From assembly GCA_965262915.1 (NCBI GenBank), contig OZ253564.1, positions 864,001 to 928,000 of the forward strand: a DNA stretch of 64,000 nucleotides. The letters are read 5' to 3'. Source of the stretch: Candidatus Spongiisociaceae bacterium (GTDB lineage Bacteria; Actinomycetota; Acidimicrobiia; Spongiisociales; Spongiisociaceae). Within the stretch, counting starts at the first letter, position 1. Each line of letters opens with the position of its first letter. The position numbers and the translations under genes are program-made. The notes beneath the pieces are model-generated. The model was not told the origin of the DNA. It searched no databases and saw nothing but the letters and a program-made list of their open reading frames with translations. Below are positions 17,876 to 27,418 of the stretch, piece by piece.

Positions 17876-18739
17876 GTGAGATATGTCGCCCCCACATCCA
17901 TCGAGGAGGCCGTCTCGGTCCTGGAACGCGACGGTGACGCGAAGGTCTATGCGGGCGCCACGGATCTCATCCCGCAACTGCGGATGGGCCGCCCCGAACC
18001 CGATTTCGCCGTCAACCTCAAGCGGATCGGCCGGCTGTGCGATCTTCGCCTGGTCGGCGATACGTGGGTGATCGGTGCCGCTACCCCGGCGGTCCGCCTC
18101 ACCGAGGAGGCAGCGCTGGTCTCGGATCTGCCCGGCTTGGTGGAGGCCGCCGCCCTGATCGGGTCGGACCAGATCCAGAGCCGGGCCAGCCTGGGAGGCA
18201 ACCTGTGCAACGCCTCCCCGGCGGCTGACAGCGTCCCGGCCATGGTGGTCGACGACGGGCGGGCGGTGATCGCCGGACCCGACGGTACGAGGACGGTTCC
18301 GGTGGCATCGGTGGTGACCGGCCCCGGTCGGACCTCCCTGACCAGGGGTGAGTTCGTGGTGGAGTTCCAATTCGACCGGCCAGTTCCCCGGACCTCGGAT
18401 GCCTACCTGAGGTTCATACCCCGCACGGAGATGGACATCGCGGTTGTAGGCGTCGGAGTCCGCGTCTCGCTGGACGAGGCGGGTCGCTGCACCGCAGCAT
18501 CCATCGCCCTCGGAGCGGTGGCGCCTACCGTGGTCCGCGTCCCGGCCGCGGAATCCGCCCTGGTCGGGCAGACCCTCTCGGATGCGGTCCTGAGACAGGT
18601 GGCGGGTGCGGCCGCGGCCGCCTGTAACCCCATCGATGACAAGAGGGGCACCAAGGAGTACCGTCGCCAGGTCGCCGGCGTCCTCGCCGTGAGGGCCCTG
18701 AAGCTGGCGGCCGACCGGGCGACTGGGTCCCCGGTATGA
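17876..18739 (+). CDS. Molybdenum hydroxylase FAD subunit (CoxM/XdhB-like)
   Basis: AGATDL, QIQSRASLGGNLCNASPAAD, MDIA, GAVAPT, PIDDKRGT. Confidence 0.9.
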   Translation: MRYVAPTSIEEAVSVLERDGDAKVYAGATDLIPQLRMGRPEPDFAVNLKRIGRLCDLRLVGDTWVIGAATPAVRLTEEAALVSDLPGLVEAAALIGSDQIQSRASLGGNLCNASPAADSVPAMVVDDGRAVIAGPDGTRTVPVASVVTGPGRTSLTRGEFVVEFQFDRPVPRTSDAYLRFIPRTEMDIAVVGVGVRVSLDEAGRCTAASIALGAVAPTVVRVPAAESALVGQTLSDAVLRQVAGAAAAACNPIDDKRGTKEYRRQVAGVLAVRALKLAADRATGSPV

Positions 18740-18779
18740 AGTCCCCCGTCACGACACGGAATACGACAAGGAAACAAGT

Positions 18780-19277
18780 ATGAGTAGCACCCATGTCATC
18801 TGCACGATCAACAGCGATCCGGTCGAGTTCCTGTGTCAGGGCGACCAGACGCTGCTCGATGTCCTCCGGGACGTGGTGGGGCTGACCGGGGTCAAGGAGG
18901 GTTGCGCCACGGGCGACTGTGGGGCCTGTTCGGTGATCTTCGACGGGCGGCTCACCTGCTCATGCCTGGTCCTGGCCCCCGAGGCGGACGGCGCCAAGAT
19001 TTTCACCGTCGAGGGCTTGGGGGGTCCCGACGGGCTCCATCCGCTCCAGGAGACCTTCCTCGAAGGGGCGGCCTTGCAGTGCGGCATATGCACCCCCGGA
19101 TTCCTGGTGGCAGGTAAGGCGCTGCTGGACCGTAACTCCGATCCCACCGAGGAGCAGGTGCGCTACGCCATCGCCGGAAACCTGTGCCGGTGCACCGGTT
19201 ATGACAAGATCGTGCGGTCGATTCTGGAAGCGGCTGCGGATATGAAGGAAGCTTCAGAGGTAAAGGAGAAGGTGTGA
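18780..19277 (+). CDS. Molybdenum hydroxylase 2x[2Fe-2S] subunit (CoxS-like)
   Basis: GCATGDCGACS, SCL, QCGICTPG, GNLCRCTGY. Confidence 0.92.
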   Translation: MSSTHVICTINSDPVEFLCQGDQTLLDVLRDVVGLTGVKEGCATGDCGACSVIFDGRLTCSCLVLAPEADGAKIFTVEGLGGPDGLHPLQETFLEGAALQCGICTPGFLVAGKALLDRNSDPTEEQVRYAIAGNLCRCTGYDKIVRSILEAAADMKEASEVKEKV

Positions 19278-21562
19278 CCACTACCGCCACCCCTACGACC
19301 ACGACCGATACCCAGCCGGGTTACAAGTGGGTGGGAACCCGGCCTGTCCGCCACGACGGCCTCGACAAGGTCACGGGGCGGGCCCGCTTCGGTGCCGACC
19401 TTTCGCTGCCCGGGATGCTTACCGGAGCGGTTCTGCGTTCGCCCCATGCCCACGCCCGGATCCGATCGATCGACACCTCGGCCGCCGTGGCCACAGAAGG
19501 TGTGAGAGCTGTCGTCACAGGGGCTGACTTCCCCATGCTGGAATCGGAGGCGGGCGAGGGCGGCGAAGCGGCAGTCGATTACCGGGACCTGTGCCGCAAC
19601 ATCATGGCCCGCGACAAGGTGCTCTATGAGGGTCACGCCTTGGCGGCGGTGGCGGCGACCTCCCGTCGGGTAGCCCTGGCGGCCGTGGCGGCCATCGAGG
19701 TCGATTACGAGGTGTTGCCCCATGTCCTCGATGTTGAAGAAGCCATGGCCCCCGACGCGCCGCTGTTGCACGAGGACATGATCACCAAGGGGATCGAACC
19801 GACGCCCGAGAAGCCTTCGAACATATCGGCCCGCTACGTGTACGACCGGGGGGATCTCGATAAGGGGTTCGCCGAGGCCGATGTGATCGTGGAGAGGGAG
19901 TTCACCACCGAGCCGGTCCATCAGGGATACATCGAGCCGCACGCAGTCGTTGCCGACACCGGGGAGGACGGCCGGGCGGTGGTGTGGTGTTCATCCCAGG
20001 GCCACTTCATGGTACGCACCCACACGGCCAAGCTGCTCGGATGGGAACCTTCCCGGGTCAAGGTGATCCCGGCCGAGATCGGAGGAGGGTTCGGGGGCAA
20101 GACCACCGTCTACGTCGAACCGGTGGCGACGCTCCTTTCGCAGAAGGCCGGGCGCCCGGTCAAGATCGTCATGTCCCGTGACGAGGTGTTCCGGGCCACC
20201 GGACCCACCTCCGGGTGCAAGATGCGCCTCAAGATGGGTGCCCGCCGGGACGGGACCTTGGTCGCTGCCGAGGGATGGTTGGCCTACCAGGCCGGGGCTT
20301 TCGCGGGCTCCCCGGTGGAGTTGGGCCTGATGTGCATGCTCACTCCGTACGACATCCCTCATTTCTTCCTCGAGGGTTTCGATGTCGTTGTCAACATGCC
20401 GAAGGTGGCCGCCTACCGGGCACCCGGAGCACCGATGGCCGCCTTCGCCTCCGAGACCGTCCTCGACGAGATTGCTCACGAACTCGGTATGGATGCTCTG
20501 GAACTGCGTCTCCGCAACGCAGTGGAGGAGGGTGTCCAATCCCTCTACGGTCCCCGCTTCCGCAAGATCGGTTACCGCGAGACGGTCGAAGCCATCAAGG
20601 ACCATCCCCATTATTCGGTGCCGCTCGGCCCCAACCAGGGAAGGGGAGTGGCCAGCGGGTTCTGGTTCAACTTCGGTTCCAGCTCGAGTGCCAGCGTTCA
20701 CATAAACGAGGACGGCGGTGCCTCGGTTATGACCGGCAGCCCGGACATTGGCGGCAGCCGGGCGTCCATGGCGCTAATGGCGGCCGAGGAACTGGGCATC
20801 GATGTCTACCGCATCAGGCCCATCGTCGCCGATACGGAGTCGATTGGGTTCACCGACGTGACCGGTGGAAGCCGGGTTACCCACGCCACCGGCATGGCGG
20901 TGATCGAAGCATGCCGCAAGGTGGTGGCCGACCTCCGGGCCAGGGCAGCCAAGATATGGGATGTCGAAGTCGACGAGGTGGAGTGGGTGGACGGCCGCGC
21001 CCAGCACGTGGAGGGCGACCGCGCTCCGCTCACCTCCGAGGATCTTGCGGAGACATCCGCCAATACCGGCGGTCCGATAACCGCCACCGCGTCGCTCAAC
21101 GCACGCGGCGCCGGGGTTGCCTTCTCGACCCAGGTGTGTGACGTCGAGGTGGATCCCGAGACGGGCGCGGTCAAGATCCTGCGGTACACGACGGCCCAGG
21201 ACGCCGGACGGGCCATCCATCCGAGCTACGTGGAGGGCCAGATGCAGGGCGGAGTCGTCCAGGGGATCGGCTGGGCGCTCAACGAGGAGTACATCTTCGA
21301 CAGCCGGGGAGTGATGGAGAACGCCGGATTCCTCGACTACCGGATGCCGGTGGCCTCGGACCTGCCGATGATCGACACCGTCATCGTGGAAGTGCCCAAC
21401 CCCGGGCATCCGTACGGCGTTCGGGGCGTGGGCGAGGTGGGAATCATCCCGCCCATGGCGGCCATCGCCAACGCCATCCACGGCGCGACCGGTCTCAGGC
21501 TAGGGGAGCTGCCGATGTCACCGGTCAAGGTGCTGGCGGCGATCGGGGCGAACGGCGGCTGA
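19274..21562 (+). CDS. Molybdenum hydroxylase large (Mo-binding) subunit
   Basis: KVTGRARF, RSPHAHARI, YIEPH, IGGGFGGK, AYRAPG, EGQMQGG, RGVGE. Confidence 0.92.
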   Translation: MTTTATPTTTTDTQPGYKWVGTRPVRHDGLDKVTGRARFGADLSLPGMLTGAVLRSPHAHARIRSIDTSAAVATEGVRAVVTGADFPMLESEAGEGGEAAVDYRDLCRNIMARDKVLYEGHALAAVAATSRRVALAAVAAIEVDYEVLPHVLDVEEAMAPDAPLLHEDMITKGIEPTPEKPSNISARYVYDRGDLDKGFAEADVIVEREFTTEPVHQGYIEPHAVVADTGEDGRAVVWCSSQGHFMVRTHTAKLLGWEPSRVKVIPAEIGGGFGGKTTVYVEPVATLLSQKAGRPVKIVMSRDEVFRATGPTSGCKMRLKMGARRDGTLVAAEGWLAYQAGAFAGSPVELGLMCMLTPYDIPHFFLEGFDVVVNMPKVAAYRAPGAPMAAFASETVLDEIAHELGMDALELRLRNAVEEGVQSLYGPRFRKIGYRETVEAIKDHPHYSVPLGPNQGRGVASGFWFNFGSSSSASVHINEDGGASVMTGSPDIGGSRASMALMAAEELGIDVYRIRPIVADTESIGFTDVTGGSRVTHATGMAVIEACRKVVADLRARAAKIWDVEVDEVEWVDGRAQHVEGDRAPLTSEDLAETSANTGGPITATASLNARGAGVAFSTQVCDVEVDPETGAVKILRYTTAQDAGRAIHPSYVEGQMQGGVVQGIGWALNEEYIFDSRGVMENAGFLDYRMPVASDLPMIDTVIVEVPNPGHPYGVRGVGEVGIIPPMAAIANAIHGATGLRLGELPMSPVKVLAAIGANGG

Positions 21563-21807
21563 TGGCCCGGGTCTTCCTCGCCACGGCGCTGCGGCGCTTC
21601 ACCGGAGGGATCGAGGAAGTCGAGATCCGGGCCTCCACGGTCCGGTCGCTGATCGCGGAGCTGGACCGGCGGTTTCCCGGTCTCGGGGAACACCTCGCCT
21701 CCGGTCTGGCGGTGGCTATCGACGGCGAGATCATCGCCGACGCCATCTACGAGCCGGTACCCGAGGATGCCGAGGTCCACTTCCTGCCGGCGATGGGCGG
21801 CGGATAG
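21562..21807 (+). CDS. MoaD/ThiS family sulfur carrier
   Basis: 81 aa beta-grasp-like protein, C-terminal GGG. Confidence 0.85.
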   Translation: MARVFLATALRRFTGGIEEVEIRASTVRSLIAELDRRFPGLGEHLASGLAVAIDGEIIADAIYEPVPEDAEVHFLPAMGGG

Positions 21808-21809
21808 AC

Positions 21810-21960
21810 CTAGAGGATGCGCGGATAGCTCCTTGCCTGGGGGAACAGTGGCTGCGCGGGTTGACGAGTCCACGGCGATGACCAGGGCTTTTCCGAGCGG
21901 GAAGCCGGTTGAGTTTATCCGTGGGGGCGGCCGCTTCTAGCTATCCGCGCACGCTCCTAG
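21810..21960. mobile_element. MITE-like family B, copy 2 (151 bp)
   Basis: CTAGAGGATGCGCGGATAGC ... GCTATCCGCGCACGCTCCTAG; CTAG at both ends. Confidence 0.8.
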
Positions 21961-22352
21961 TGTCCTGATTCCGGGATTCGTCATAGATACCCGGGACCTG
22001 CCGACAATCCCGCCGCGCAGGCCCTGGGGGACTGAGAACGCGAAAAACGCCCGACCGGACCCTTCCGACGGGCCCGCCCCCAACCGCCACCTCCTCGGTT
22101 CCCGAACGCGTCCCGCCATCCCCTGGGAGGGGTCGGCTCCGACAACATGATCCCTGTCCCGGTCCGGTCGGTACCGCAAAACGGACCGGTGGTGTTTACG
22201 GCTACTTACCATTATGCAACGGGGGTGTGACACGTCAATCCCCTTATGGCGGCGCGGCCGGTCCGTGCGGGGGTGCTGTGAGTGGGTGGGCGTGCCGATC
22301 GTGGGACGACGCCGGTTTCTGAACACCGCGAACCAACGACTCAGGACACCAG
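21957..22352. mobile_element. Putative MITE family D (about 395 bp), single copy
   Basis: Ends CTAG-TGTCCTGATTC and GACTCAGGACA-CCAG (10/11 inverted match); no convincing coding content. Confidence 0.5.
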
Positions 22353-22512
22353 TGGTCTGTCTGGAAAACAACCTGCCGTGCTCTGCTTGCCAGCGACGCC
22401 CCTCGATTCGTTCCGACTCCTCGACGTACCGCTGCGGGTATGCCTTCGTCGGCGGGCCTTGCGAGGAACGCCGCTGCCGGCGCATACCACGACGCCTCGC
22501 ATGCAGACCACC
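22351..22512 (+). mobile_element. Family A full-length copy (162 bp)
   Basis: AGTGGTCTGTCTG ... CAGACCAC with the shared core. Confidence 0.85.
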
Positions 22513-22654
22513 GGATAGGGCGAGTCGTCGGCACCCGTGATACCCTTCCGCGGGACGGGTCGGAACGCGTTCGCCCATTGGTTGGCGGCGCGCCCGGAGG
22601 ACACCGTCGTGGCGAGACCCGGAAACGCTACAGGACCGGGTAGAGGAGGGCTCA

Positions 22655-24358
22655 ATGTCCAGCACGGAAGGAATCCTGCAGGCACCGATCAGCAGACGAC
22701 AGTTCATGGCATACACCGGCAAGGCCGGGGTTGCGGCCATGCTCGCCAGCCCTATCGTTGCCGCGGCTTGTGGAGGGGAGACCGCCTCCGGGGTCATGCG
22801 CTTCGGGCATCTGAACATCTTCGACACGGCCAACCCTGTAGTGACCGTTTCCACCCCCGACATGCATTGGCTCGTCTACGACCGGCTGATGGAGTTCGAC
22901 GACAACCTGTCGCCCCAGCTGTCCCTGGCCACCAGCCGAGTTCTGTCGAACGGTGGCGCCACCGTCACCTACACGATCCGAGCCGGAGTGGAGTTCCACG
23001 ATGGCGAGCCCCTGACATCGGCGGATATCAAGTACTCGTTCGAGCTCTACCGGGACACCAAGAAGAGCCTCTTCGGAGGGTTTTTCGAGCCGCTCCAGAC
23101 GGTAGAGGCGCCGGATGACCTTACGGTGGTGCTCAACTTCTCGGGTCCACCCTCCCTCGACCCGAGCGTCGGGGCGCCCATCCTGCCGGCCCACATCTGG
23201 CGGGGGATGTCATCCGAGGACATCGACCTGTTCGGCAACGACGAGATGATCGGGTCGGGTGCTTTCAAGCTGAACAGCTATGTTCCCGATACGCGCCTCG
23301 AACTAGACCGCAACAGTGACTGGTGGGGTTGGGCTTCCAACGACGGTCCCAAGCCCGGCACCTTGGAAGGGATCGTCAAGGTTCAGTTGGCCAATGAGGA
23401 GACGCTCGCCAACTCGCTACGCGCCAACGAGATCGACGTGACGGGTGCGATATCGTCCCCGGACATCTGGAAAGGTTTGCAGGGGGAACCGAACATCGTC
23501 GCCGAGGAGTACCCGGCGTTGGTCCTCGACCACTTCGGGATCAACGTCTACGAGGATCCTGACAACCCGGGACAACCCCATCCTGACTCCGGCGGCAACC
23601 CGCTGCTCTTGGATCCGGTGATCCGCGAGGCGATGTCCTGGGCCATGGACCGCCAACGTCTCGTCGACCTGGTACTGGCCGGTCGGGGCCTGAAGGGATC
23701 GGTGGTCCTGCCACCCGGTCTCGGCGACTCCTTCCTGGAAATCCCGGAGGGCGAGCAGGCCAACGGCAACCCGGACCGGGCCCGCCAGATCCTGGAGGAA
23801 GCCGGCTACACCGACCGGGACGGGGACGGGGTCCGCGAGAGCCCGGATGGCCAGAAGCTGAGCTTCCGCCTGTTCGCATCCACGGTGATCGACCGACTGC
23901 CCCTATACGCGGAACTGATCAAGCCGATGCTGGAAGATATCGGCATGGAGATACAGGGTGTGTTCGGTGAGGACGACCCGACGCTGATCCAACGGGTGTT
24001 CGTCGACGCCGATTGGGACATGTACACCTGGGTGTGGCAGACCCCGCCCGACGCGACCTTCATGCTGTCGGTGCAGTCGTGCGACCAGTTCGGGAATCTC
24101 TCCGACACGTACTACTGCGACGCAGATTACGAGGCCTTGTTCAAGGCCCAGCAGACCCAAGGGGACCCGGCGACACGCCTGGCGATGGTCAAGGAGGCCC
24201 AGCAGATCTTCTACGACTCGTTCGCCTATTGCGTGATGGCCTACCCGACCAAGCTGCAGGCCTACCGGAGCGACAACCTGACCGGCTGGCCGTATGTCAA
24301 CAACGGCATCACCACCAACTGGTCCACCGAAACCTTCCTGGTCGTCAGCGAGGCTTGA
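22655..24358 (+). CDS. ABC substrate-binding protein family 5 (Dpp/Opp-like), Tat lipoprotein
   Basis: SRRQF twin-Arg, AAACGG lipobox, FHDGEPLTSADIKYSF; GAGGAGG RBS. Confidence 0.9.
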   Translation: MSSTEGILQAPISRRQFMAYTGKAGVAAMLASPIVAAACGGETASGVMRFGHLNIFDTANPVVTVSTPDMHWLVYDRLMEFDDNLSPQLSLATSRVLSNGGATVTYTIRAGVEFHDGEPLTSADIKYSFELYRDTKKSLFGGFFEPLQTVEAPDDLTVVLNFSGPPSLDPSVGAPILPAHIWRGMSSEDIDLFGNDEMIGSGAFKLNSYVPDTRLELDRNSDWWGWASNDGPKPGTLEGIVKVQLANEETLANSLRANEIDVTGAISSPDIWKGLQGEPNIVAEEYPALVLDHFGINVYEDPDNPGQPHPDSGGNPLLLDPVIREAMSWAMDRQRLVDLVLAGRGLKGSVVLPPGLGDSFLEIPEGEQANGNPDRARQILEEAGYTDRDGDGVRESPDGQKLSFRLFASTVIDRLPLYAELIKPMLEDIGMEIQGVFGEDDPTLIQRVFVDADWDMYTWVWQTPPDATFMLSVQSCDQFGNLSDTYYCDADYEALFKAQQTQGDPATRLAMVKEAQQIFYDSFAYCVMAYPTKLQAYRSDNLTGWPYVNNGITTNWSTETFLVVSEA

Positions 24359-24369
24359 TCACACCCGCT

Positions 24370-24440
24370 AGTGGTCTGTCTGTGAAACCGAGCTGTGGCA
24401 TGCAAGCAGGACGCGCCCAGTCGTTTGCAGACAGACCACT
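24370..24440 (-). mobile_element. Family A short copy (71 bp), reverse orientation
   Basis: AGTGGTCTGTCTG...GTGGCATGCAAGCAGG...CAGACAGACCACT. Confidence 0.8.
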
Positions 24441-24485
24441 TGGTAGACCCGGTTCAGGAGGTGACCCGGAAAGGCGGACGCGAGC

Positions 24486-25538
24486 GTGACGGTATCGGGT
24501 GAGCAGGGAGCGCCGGCCGGCCTGGATCCGGTCGGCGGTGCCGTCACACGGAGCAAACGATGGCGATGGTTGCGTAGCTACCCGACCCGGCGGATCGTGC
24601 AGGCGGTCGTCACGCTTTTCGTGGTGGCCACGTTCAACTTCTGGCTCTTCCGGCTCCTCCCGGGCGACCCGGCCCGGTTGATCGCCCGGGAAAGCCGGCT
24701 CAGCCCGGAGGCCTTCGAGCAGCTCCGCGAGTCGTTCGGCCTGAACGAGCCGCTCTGGCAACAGTATCTGATCTACCTGACCAAGATCTACCGGTTCGAC
24801 ACGGGTATCTCGTTCAAGGCCCGCCAGCCGGTGACCGATCTGCTCTGGCCGGCTCTCACCAACACGCTGATCCTCACCGGCGCCGCCGTGGTGCTGATAT
24901 TCGTGTTCGGGTTGGCCTTCGGCATCGTCGCCGGCTGGCGGCGAGGGACCCGTACCGACACCACCCTCACGCTGACCGCCCTTACGCTTTGGAGCCTTCC
25001 CACCTTTTGGGTGGGCCTGATACTGGTGTTGCTGTTCAGTATCACCCTCGACTTGCTCCCGGTAGCGGGGATACGGTCGGTGGCGGCCATCTACCGAACT
25101 CCCTTTGCGGAGACCCGCGATGTACTGGAGCACTTGATCCTGCCCGCGGCCACGATCGCCATCGTGAGCATCGGTTCGATAGCTCTGATCATGCGCAACT
25201 CGCTGGCCGACGTGGCGGACGAGGACTACATGCTGGCGGCGAGGTCCAGAGGTCTGCGGCCCCGGACAGTCCTGTGGCGCTACGGGGTCCGGAACGCCTT
25301 CCTGCCCACCTTCACGCTGATGGCTCTGACCCTGGGGTTGCTGATGGCGGGGACCATCCAGACCGAGGTGGTCTTTTCCTGGCCGGGGCTCGGGCTGCTG
25401 ATGTACGAGGCGGTCCAGGATCGGGACCTTCCGGTTCTGGAAGCAGCATTCTTCGTCATAGCCATCATCGTGGTGCTGGCGACGTTGATCGCCGATCTGT
25501 TCTACTCCCGCCTCGACCCGCGGATACGGTCTTCATGA
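24486..25538 (+). CDS. ABC permease (DppB-like)
   Basis: LPGDP, hydrophobic helices, DYMLAARSRG EAA loop, EVVFSWPGLG, DPRIR. Confidence 0.9.
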   Translation: MTVSGEQGAPAGLDPVGGAVTRSKRWRWLRSYPTRRIVQAVVTLFVVATFNFWLFRLLPGDPARLIARESRLSPEAFEQLRESFGLNEPLWQQYLIYLTKIYRFDTGISFKARQPVTDLLWPALTNTLILTGAAVVLIFVFGLAFGIVAGWRRGTRTDTTLTLTALTLWSLPTFWVGLILVLLFSITLDLLPVAGIRSVAAIYRTPFAETRDVLEHLILPAATIAIVSIGSIALIMRNSLADVADEDYMLAARSRGLRPRTVLWRYGVRNAFLPTFTLMALTLGLLMAGTIQTEVVFSWPGLGLLMYEAVQDRDLPVLEAAFFVIAIIVVLATLIADLFYSRLDPRIRSS

Positions 25539-26437
25539 GCGTTCCCGACACCACTCCGCCGACCGATCGGGCGAGCGATCAGACCGGCCGCGACTCGGGC
25601 GGGGTACTGGCAGAACTTTGGCGGATCGGCCGGGGACGGATCGGTCTGATACTCCTGGCCGTATTCCTGGTGTACGGTGTGACGGGGTTCTTCGCCTACG
25701 AAAACCCGCCCGCGGCCGGCCAGACAGTCGAGGACCGCTTCCGGGCGCCATCGGTGGATTACCTTCTGGGAACCGACAACCTGGGCCGCTCGGTCTGGGA
25801 ACAACTGGCGGTCGGGGCGGGGATCTCACTCGCGGTCGGGGTGGCGGCCACCGCCATCGCGGTGCTGATCGGCGGCGTCGTGGGGATAACCAGCGGCTAC
25901 ACGGGGGGTCGCATCGACCAAGTCGCCATGGGTGTTACGGACATGTTCATCACGATCCCCGCCCTGCCTCTGATAATCGTCCTGGCCGCGGTGCTGTCCA
26001 GGGGTCTTCCCACCATCATCGTGGTGATCGGGTTGACCAGCTGGGCGGTTCCGGCCCGCCTCATCCGCGCCGAGGTGCTGAGCCAGCGGGAGCGGACCTT
26101 TATCCTGCGAGCAAAAGCGATCGGGATGGGCCCGCTGCACATCATGTGGACCCACGTCCTCCCCAACGTGGCCGGGATCGTTCTCGCCAACGCCATCCTG
26201 CTGACTGCGGCCGCCATTCTCACCGAGGCGGTGCTGGCCTTTCTCGGCTTGGGCGACCCGTCGCTGATCTCGTGGGGGAAGATGCTCCAGAACGCCTTCA
26301 GTTCGGGTGCCACATCCCTCGGCTACTGGTGGGTGCTGATCCCGCCCGGCGTCCTGATCACGCTGCTGGTCCTGTCCTTCACGCTGATCGGGAACGCCTT
26401 GACTGATGTCATCGATCCGCGCCGCCGCGCCGAGTAG
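25535..26437 (+). CDS. ABC permease (DppC-like)
   Basis: LGTDNLGR, ARLIRAEVL, HVLPN, EAVLAFLGLG; ATG at 25535 overlaps the upstream stop. Confidence 0.9.
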   Translation: MSVPDTTPPTDRASDQTGRDSGGVLAELWRIGRGRIGLILLAVFLVYGVTGFFAYENPPAAGQTVEDRFRAPSVDYLLGTDNLGRSVWEQLAVGAGISLAVGVAATAIAVLIGGVVGITSGYTGGRIDQVAMGVTDMFITIPALPLIIVLAAVLSRGLPTIIVVIGLTSWAVPARLIRAEVLSQRERTFILRAKAIGMGPLHIMWTHVLPNVAGIVLANAILLTAAAILTEAVLAFLGLGDPSLISWGKMLQNAFSSGATSLGYWWVLIPPGVLITLLVLSFTLIGNALTDVIDPRRRAE

Positions 26438-27418
26438 GTGCCGATGGCCTTCCTGAGTGTGAGCAATCTCTCGGTCGAGTACCGGAGGGCCGGGCGGACC
26501 ATCCGGGCGGCTGACGAGGTGAGCTTCGAGATCGAGACCGGCACAGTAGTGGGCTTGGTTGGGGAGAGCGGCTCGGGCAAATCGACCCTGGCATTGGCCA
26601 TGATGGGACTGTTGCCTCACAACGGGCAGGTCACCGGCGGCTCGATCCGCTTCGATGGGGCTGAACTGACCGGGTTGGACGAGTCCGGATGGCGCAGGGT
26701 ACGGGGCCGCCGCATGGGCATGGTCTTCCAAGGCGCGATGAACTCCCTGAACCCGGTCCGAAGGATCCTCGACCAGGTGGCGGAGCCGATCCTCACCCAC
26801 GAGCCCGACATCACCAAGGTGGACGCCGCGGAGCGCGCTCACGAGTTGCTCTCGTTGGTCGGGATCCCCACCGACCGCCATCGGGCGTACCCCTACGAAT
26901 ACTCGGGAGGAATGCGCCAGCGGGCCGGAATCGCCATGGCCCTGAGCGGTCGACCGGCGGTCCTGATCGCCGACGAGCCGGTCACCGCCCTCGACGTGAT
27001 CGTCCAGGCCCGGATTCTGCAGTTGCTCGAGAACCTGCAGGAGGTCTTCAACCTTACGATACTGTTCATCACCCACGACCTCGGGGTGGTGGCCCGGCTG
27101 TGCGACCGGGTGGTGGTGCTGTACGCGGCGAGGGCGGTGGAGGAAGGGACGGTGGAGGAGATCTACGGCCACCCCAAGCATCCGTACACGCGGGCGTTGC
27201 TCGAGTCGGTTCCCAACTTCGCAAGAGGGCGGGGCAAGGCGCAGGGTATTCCGGGAACGCCCCCGTCGCTGGTGAACCCGCCTCCCGGCTGCCGCTTCCA
27301 CCCGCGGTGTCCCGAGGCCATGGAGATCTGCAGGACGCAGTCGCCCGGGTGGTCCCGCTTTACCGCCACCCAGGTCGCAACCTGCCACCTGTACGGCGAG
27401 GGAAGTGCCGATGCGTGA
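26438..27418 (+). CDS. ABC ATPase (DppD-like)
   Basis: GESGSGKS, YSGGMRQR, ADEP, THD, HPYT, GCRFHPRC. Confidence 0.92.
   Translation: MPMAFLSVSNLSVEYRRAGRTIRAADEVSFEIETGTVVGLVGESGSGKSTLALAMMGLLPHNGQVTGGSIRFDGAELTGLDESGWRRVRGRRMGMVFQGAMNSLNPVRRILDQVAEPILTHEPDITKVDAAERAHELLSLVGIPTDRHRAYPYEYSGGMRQRAGIAMALSGRPAVLIADEPVTALDVIVQARILQLLENLQEVFNLTILFITHDLGVVARLCDRVVVLYAARAVEEGTVEEIYGHPKHPYTRALLESVPNFARGRGKAQGIPGTPPSLVNPPPGCRFHPRCPEAMEICRTQSPGWSRFTATQVATCHLYGEGSADA

Noticed and set aside
19274-21562. Calling the cluster aerobic CO dehydrogenase (coxMSL)
   Set aside because: The active-site motif is AYRAPG, not AYxCSFR, and no coxDEFG accessory genes are adjacent.
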